Source of the DNA: an uncultured Gammaproteobacteria bacterium
GTDB taxonomy: Bacteria; Patescibacteriota; Patescibacteriia; Patescibacteriales; JAGXOH01
Assembly: GCA_964644045.1 (NCBI GenBank)
Contig: CAZXUK010000001.1
Location: 5,401-69,400 of the forward strand
Direction of reading: 5' to 3'
Length of the DNA: 64,000 nt
Both the position numbers and the translations under genes were made by a program. A model generated the notes under the pieces. It had not been told where the DNA came from, searched no databases, and worked only from the letters and a program-made list of their open reading frames with translations. Of the stretch, positions 60,478 through 64,000 are shown piece by piece (the stretch's first letter is position 1; each line of letters begins with the position of its first letter).

Positions 60478-61854
60478 AGGTCTCCTTGCCTGCCTCCCCA
60501 CAACCCGCCTAACCGCGGGTTGTTTTTTTACTTCTTTCTTAAATAATTCTCCTCTCTGCTTGTAATTTTTAAAAAGCCCGAAACTGGCGCAAGCCGGAGA
60601 AAGCAAAACTATGTCTCCGTAAGATCTTTTTTTTCTGGCCAATTTCACGGCCTCTTTCATGTTGTAAGCGGTTTTTATTTTGGAGGCGGAAAAACCAGAA
60701 TTTTTAACCTCTTTTCTAAGCCGGGGCGAAGCCTGGCCGGAAAAAAGAATTAAAAATTTTACTTTTTCCTTAATAAATTTAGCCAACTCTTTAAAATCCG
60801 AATTCTTCTCCGCTCCTCCGGCTAATAAAATAATCGGGCTCGTAAAGGCCTTTAAAGCGGTCATGGTTGCCTCGGGGGTAGTGGCAAAACTGTCATTGAA
60901 ATATTTGACCTTATTTTTATCTTCCAAAACCAATTCCAATCTGTGCTCCAGGGGCTGATAGTTCTTTATCGCTTTTTTAATGGTTTCTTTCTTAATATTA
61001 AGGGCCCTGGCCGCCTCGTAAGCGGCGGCCACATTCTCTTGATTGTGCTCTCCGAATAATTTGCTTTCCCAGTCCAGGCGAGAAAAAGTAATTAATTTGC
61101 CGAGGGGGTTATAGGCAGAGACAAACCGCTCTATATTTTTATTTACAATGGCTTTATCTCCCTTTTTTTGATACTTTAAAATATTTAGCTTGGCCTTCCA
61201 ATAATCTTTTAGCTTTTTATGATAATTGGGGTTATGCGGATCACTGGCGCGCAAATGTTCTTTATATAAATTGGTAATAACCGCTATCTTCGGACTTTGC
61301 GTCATATCTTCCAGCTGAAAACTGGAAAGCTCCAAAACCACCCAAGAATTTCTCTTTATTTCCTCCAAAAAATCAAAAGGAGGGATCCCGATATTTCCTC
61401 CCAGCCACACTTCTTTGCCCGCTCTTTGTAAAATCTCATAAATCAAAGAAGAAGTGGTTCCTTTACCCTTCGTCCCGGTCACGCCGATCAAATTAGAGGT
61501 GGGAGACAAAGAAAAAAACAGTTTCATGGGACTGGACACCTCTGTTCCTTTTTTCTGCGCCGATTTTAAAGAAGGAGAAAATAAAGGATAACCGGGAGAA
61601 CGAAAAACCAAATTAAAATCGCCCAAATACCAATCATAACTGCGACCGCTTCTAAACTCTAATTTAATATTTTTCTCCTCTGCCAACTTGAACAAGGGAC
61701 TCAGTCTGGCAATTAGTTTTTTTTCAGGCTGAGGGTCGGCTATAACCATATCCGCTTCTATTTCTTTTCGCAATAAAAACCTAAGCAAAGAAGCGTTTTC
61801 CATGCCCAAACCTAAAAAAATTATTTTTTTTCCGACCAAATCTTTTATTTTCAT
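60454..61854 (-). CDS. murD: UDP-N-acetylmuramoyl-L-alanine--D-glutamate ligase
   Basis: GLGMEN, GVTGTKGKGTT, and central and C-terminal Mur ligase domains. Confidence 0.9.
   Translation of the reverse strand: MKIKDLVGKKIIFLGLGMENASLLRFLLRKEIEADMVIADPQPEKKLIARLSPLFKLAEEKNIKLEFRSGRSYDWYLGDFNLVFRSPGYPLFSPSLKSAQKKGTEVSSPMKLFFSLSPTSNLIGVTGTKGKGTTSSLIYEILQRAGKEVWLGGNIGIPPFDFLEEIKRNSWVVLELSSFQLEDMTQSPKIAVITNLYKEHLRASDPHNPNYHKKLKDYWKAKLNILKYQKKGDKAIVNKNIERFVSAYNPLGKLITFSRLDWESKLFGEHNQENVAAAYEAARALNIKKETIKKAIKNYQPLEHRLELVLEDKNKVKYFNDSFATTPEATMTALKAFTSPIILLAGGAEKNSDFKELAKFIKEKVKFLILFSGQASPRLRKEVKNSGFSASKIKTAYNMKEAVKLARKKRSYGDIVLLSPACASFGLFKNYKQRGELFKKEVKKQPAVRRVVGRQARRPLVFKKRH
60500..60529 (+). terminator. 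intrinsic terminator of the GNAT gene, embedded in the 3' coding end of convergent murD
   Basis: ACAACCCGC-ctaacc-GCGGGTTGT followed by TTTTTT. Confidence 0.65.
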
Positions 61855-64000
61855 TCCTTAAATTTTAGTTTTTTGAGTTCCCCCCAATTATTTCCGTATT
61901 CGGCATCCACTAAAACAGGCACTTTTAAAGCGATAATATCTTTCATAACTTGGCTGAACTCCCGGGCAGCCGTCTCTACCAAATCATTTTTTACCTCAAA
62001 AAGAAGCTCATCATGAACCTGAATTGTCATTTTTACATTTTCTTTATATTTTTTTTCTATTATTTCATCTATCTTAATCATGGCTTTTTTTATCATATCG
62101 GCGTTGGTCCCCTGAAGGGGAGTGTTAATGGCCATTCTCTCCGCTCCTTTTTTTACCTGGGGCACTTGAGAATTTATTTCCGGCAAATAGCGTCTGCGGC
62201 CGAACAAAGTTTCCGTAAAACCTTCCTCTCGGGCCTTTTCAATTTGTTTATCTATAAATTCTTTAATTTCTTTATAAACATTAAAATATGTTTCTATAAA
62301 TTCCTTGGCCCGCTTATAGGGAATATCCGCGGTTTGGGAAAGGCCGTAAGGACCTTGGCCGTAAAGAATGCCAAAATTTACGGCCTTGGCCTCCCTGCGC
62401 ATTTGCTTGCTCACTTCTTCCAAGGAAACCTGATTAATTTCCGCCGCTGTGACCGCGTGAATATCAAGATCGTTTTTAAAGGCCTCTATTAATTTTTTAT
62501 CTCCGGACATATGAGCGGCTAAACGAAGCTCAATTTGAGAATAATCCAAACTAAGCAATTTATAACCGCGGGGGGAAACAAAACTTTTTCTGATCTTCTG
62601 GCCCAACTCGGTGCGCACGGGAATATTCTGTAAATTGGGATCGGTGGAACTCAAACGGCCGGTGGCGGTTATGGTTTGATTAAAACTGGCGTGAAGACGT
62701 CCGGTCTTTTCCGCCACCAGCTGGGGCAAAGTTTTGATATAGGTATTTAAAAGCTTGGATAACTCCCTGTGTTCTTCTATTAAAGGGATTATTTCGTGTT
62801 TATCGCGTAATTTTTCCAGTTCATCCGCGGCTGTGGAGTAGCCGGTTTTGGTTTTGGATATATTTTCCGTGGAAATATTCAGTTTTTCAAACAAAACCTC
62901 TTTGAGTTGCTGAGGAGAATTGACATTAAAATTCTTTCCCGCCTGCTTCCAGATCTTTTTTTCCAGATTTTCTATTTTTTTGCTCACTTCTTTTTCCAGC
63001 TCCTTTAACATTTCCGAATCAATCTTCACCCCGTTGTCTTCCATTTTGGCCAAAACCTTGATCAAGGGCGTTTCAACCTCCTTAAAAAGTTCGTAAACTC
63101 CGTGTTCTTTAAGTTGTCTTTCCAAGACCGGGACCAAACGATTGGTAAAATCCGCGTCTTCACAAGAATAACAAGAAAGTTTTTCCGTCTCCGCTTCACC
63201 GAACTTAATTTTTTTCTTTCCTTCTCCCAAGAGATCCTTTTTGCTTATCTTGTCAAAACCCAATTCCGTAAAAACCACAGTGTCCAAGTTATGCTGGCGA
63301 GAACTGGGATTAACCAAATAAGAGGCCACCATGGTATCAAAGTCGCCCCCCTTCACTTCAATTCCCAGGTTACCCATAACCCTGATGTCAAATTTAAGAT
63401 TATGGGCCCTTTTTTTTATCTCGGGGTTAACAAAAATCTCAGCCAAACTCTTAAGCCAGGGATGAAAATCTTTTTCTTCCGGCTCCCGCCTTTCTTGGTA
63501 AGTAAATAGATCTTTCTTTCCCGTGTCTCGGCCGGATTTTGTTTTTTTGTCAGCAAAATTAAGATAGTAGGCCTCTCCTTTTTTCCAGGAAAAACTAATT
63601 CCCAGAAGCCGAGATTGAATAGTGTCGGCAAAAGTGGTTTCGGTATCAAAAGTAAAAGCTTTTTGTTTTTTTAATTTTTCCAAAAAATCTTTAAAATCTT
63701 TATCCGAATTTATTAAATGGTAATTGAATTTTTTCTGGTTGCGTTCGAATTTGTTCTCTTTTTCGGAATCATTTTCAATCTCGATCCCCAGATCGTTCAA
63801 ACGCGGAAGCAAGGATTTAAACTCCAAATCTTGAAAAGTTTTCACGATCTTTTTTTTGTCAAAATTTTCAAAACTGTTTTCTTTTAAAGAAAAATCAAAA
63901 TCCACGTCGGTTTTTATAGTGGCCAAATCCCGGGAAAGATAGGCCTGCTCTTTGTTTTTCTGTAAAAGTTGAACTATGCGCGGTTTTATTTGGGATGTTT
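61851..64000 (-). CDS. polA: DNA polymerase I (5' nuclease C-terminal end, 3'-5' exo-like and polymerase domains); N-terminus lies beyond the window end
   Basis: Motif A (LLSLDYSQIELR), motif B (RREAKAVNFGILYG) and motif C (VHDE). The reading frame stays open upstream of the listed TTG (…KNKEQAYLSRDLATIKTD). Confidence 0.9.
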   Translation of the reverse strand, partial: TSQIKPRIVQLLQKNKEQAYLSRDLATIKTDVDFDFSLKENSFENFDKKKIVKTFQDLEFKSLLPRLNDLGIEIENDSEKENKFERNQKKFNYHLINSDKDFKDFLEKLKKQKAFTFDTETTFADTIQSRLLGISFSWKKGEAYYLNFADKKTKSGRDTGKKDLFTYQERREPEEKDFHPWLKSLAEIFVNPEIKKRAHNLKFDIRVMGNLGIEVKGGDFDTMVASYLVNPSSRQHNLDTVVFTELGFDKISKKDLLGEGKKKIKFGEAETEKLSCYSCEDADFTNRLVPVLERQLKEHGVYELFKEVETPLIKVLAKMEDNGVKIDSEMLKELEKEVSKKIENLEKKIWKQAGKNFNVNSPQQLKEVLFEKLNISTENISKTKTGYSTAADELEKLRDKHEIIPLIEEHRELSKLLNTYIKTLPQLVAEKTGRLHASFNQTITATGRLSSTDPNLQNIPVRTELGQKIRKSFVSPRGYKLLSLDYSQIELRLAAHMSGDKKLIEAFKNDLDIHAVTAAEINQVSLEEVSKQMRREAKAVNFGILYGQGPYGLSQTADIPYKRAKEFIETYFNVYKEIKEFIDKQIEKAREEGFTETLFGRRRYLPEINSQVPQVKKGAERMAINTPLQGTNADMIKKAMIKIDEIIEKKYKENVKMTIQVHDELLFEVKNDLVETAAREFSQVMKDIIALKVPVLVDAEYGNNWGELKKLKFKE

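Overview
Low-GC, gene-dense bacterial window. Gene content suggests a reduced anaerobic lineage, probably Candidate Phyla Radiation/Patescibacteria; this is inference, no search was run. Most of it is housekeeping: tsaD (partial), glyQS, rlmN, holA, uvrA, dtd, ispH, ispG, rpsP, rdgB, truB, pyrH, murD and polA (partial). It also carries transporters, an ECF sigma module, a MacAB-like efflux operon, a sensor kinase cluster and oxidative-stress genes. I found no rRNA, CRISPR array, integrase or transposase. Five places stand out:
1. 13.56-14.28 kb: a roughly 0.7-kb strongly GC-rich, heavily self-complementary transcription unit with its own promoter and terminator and no credible long ORF. It looks like an unclassified large structured RNA.
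2. 341-1250: a tRNA-Glu locus in which a tRNA-Glu-like gene is split by a GIY-YIG nuclease plus spare tRNA-Glu cassette. The split gene carries a 30-nt double hairpin in its anticodon loop and is followed by about 186-bp tandem units that each repeat the tRNA 3' end.
3. 39.9-42.3 kb: a small accessory islet beside tRNA-His and tRNA-Arg. It holds attC-like GC-rich palindromes, an inverted-repeat-bracketed ASCH gene, a ParB/DGxHR-like nuclease gene and 93-bp tandem copies of the tRNA-Arg 3' end.
4. 25369-28413: a tandem-fused double PilB/GspE ATPase.
5. Several unusual fusions and clusters: Memo-AMMECR1, CDF with a NifX-like tail, DUF5320/DUF134/Trx-CcdA, and LuxE-LuxC.
Coordinates of non-ORF features were hand-counted and may be off by 1-2 nt.
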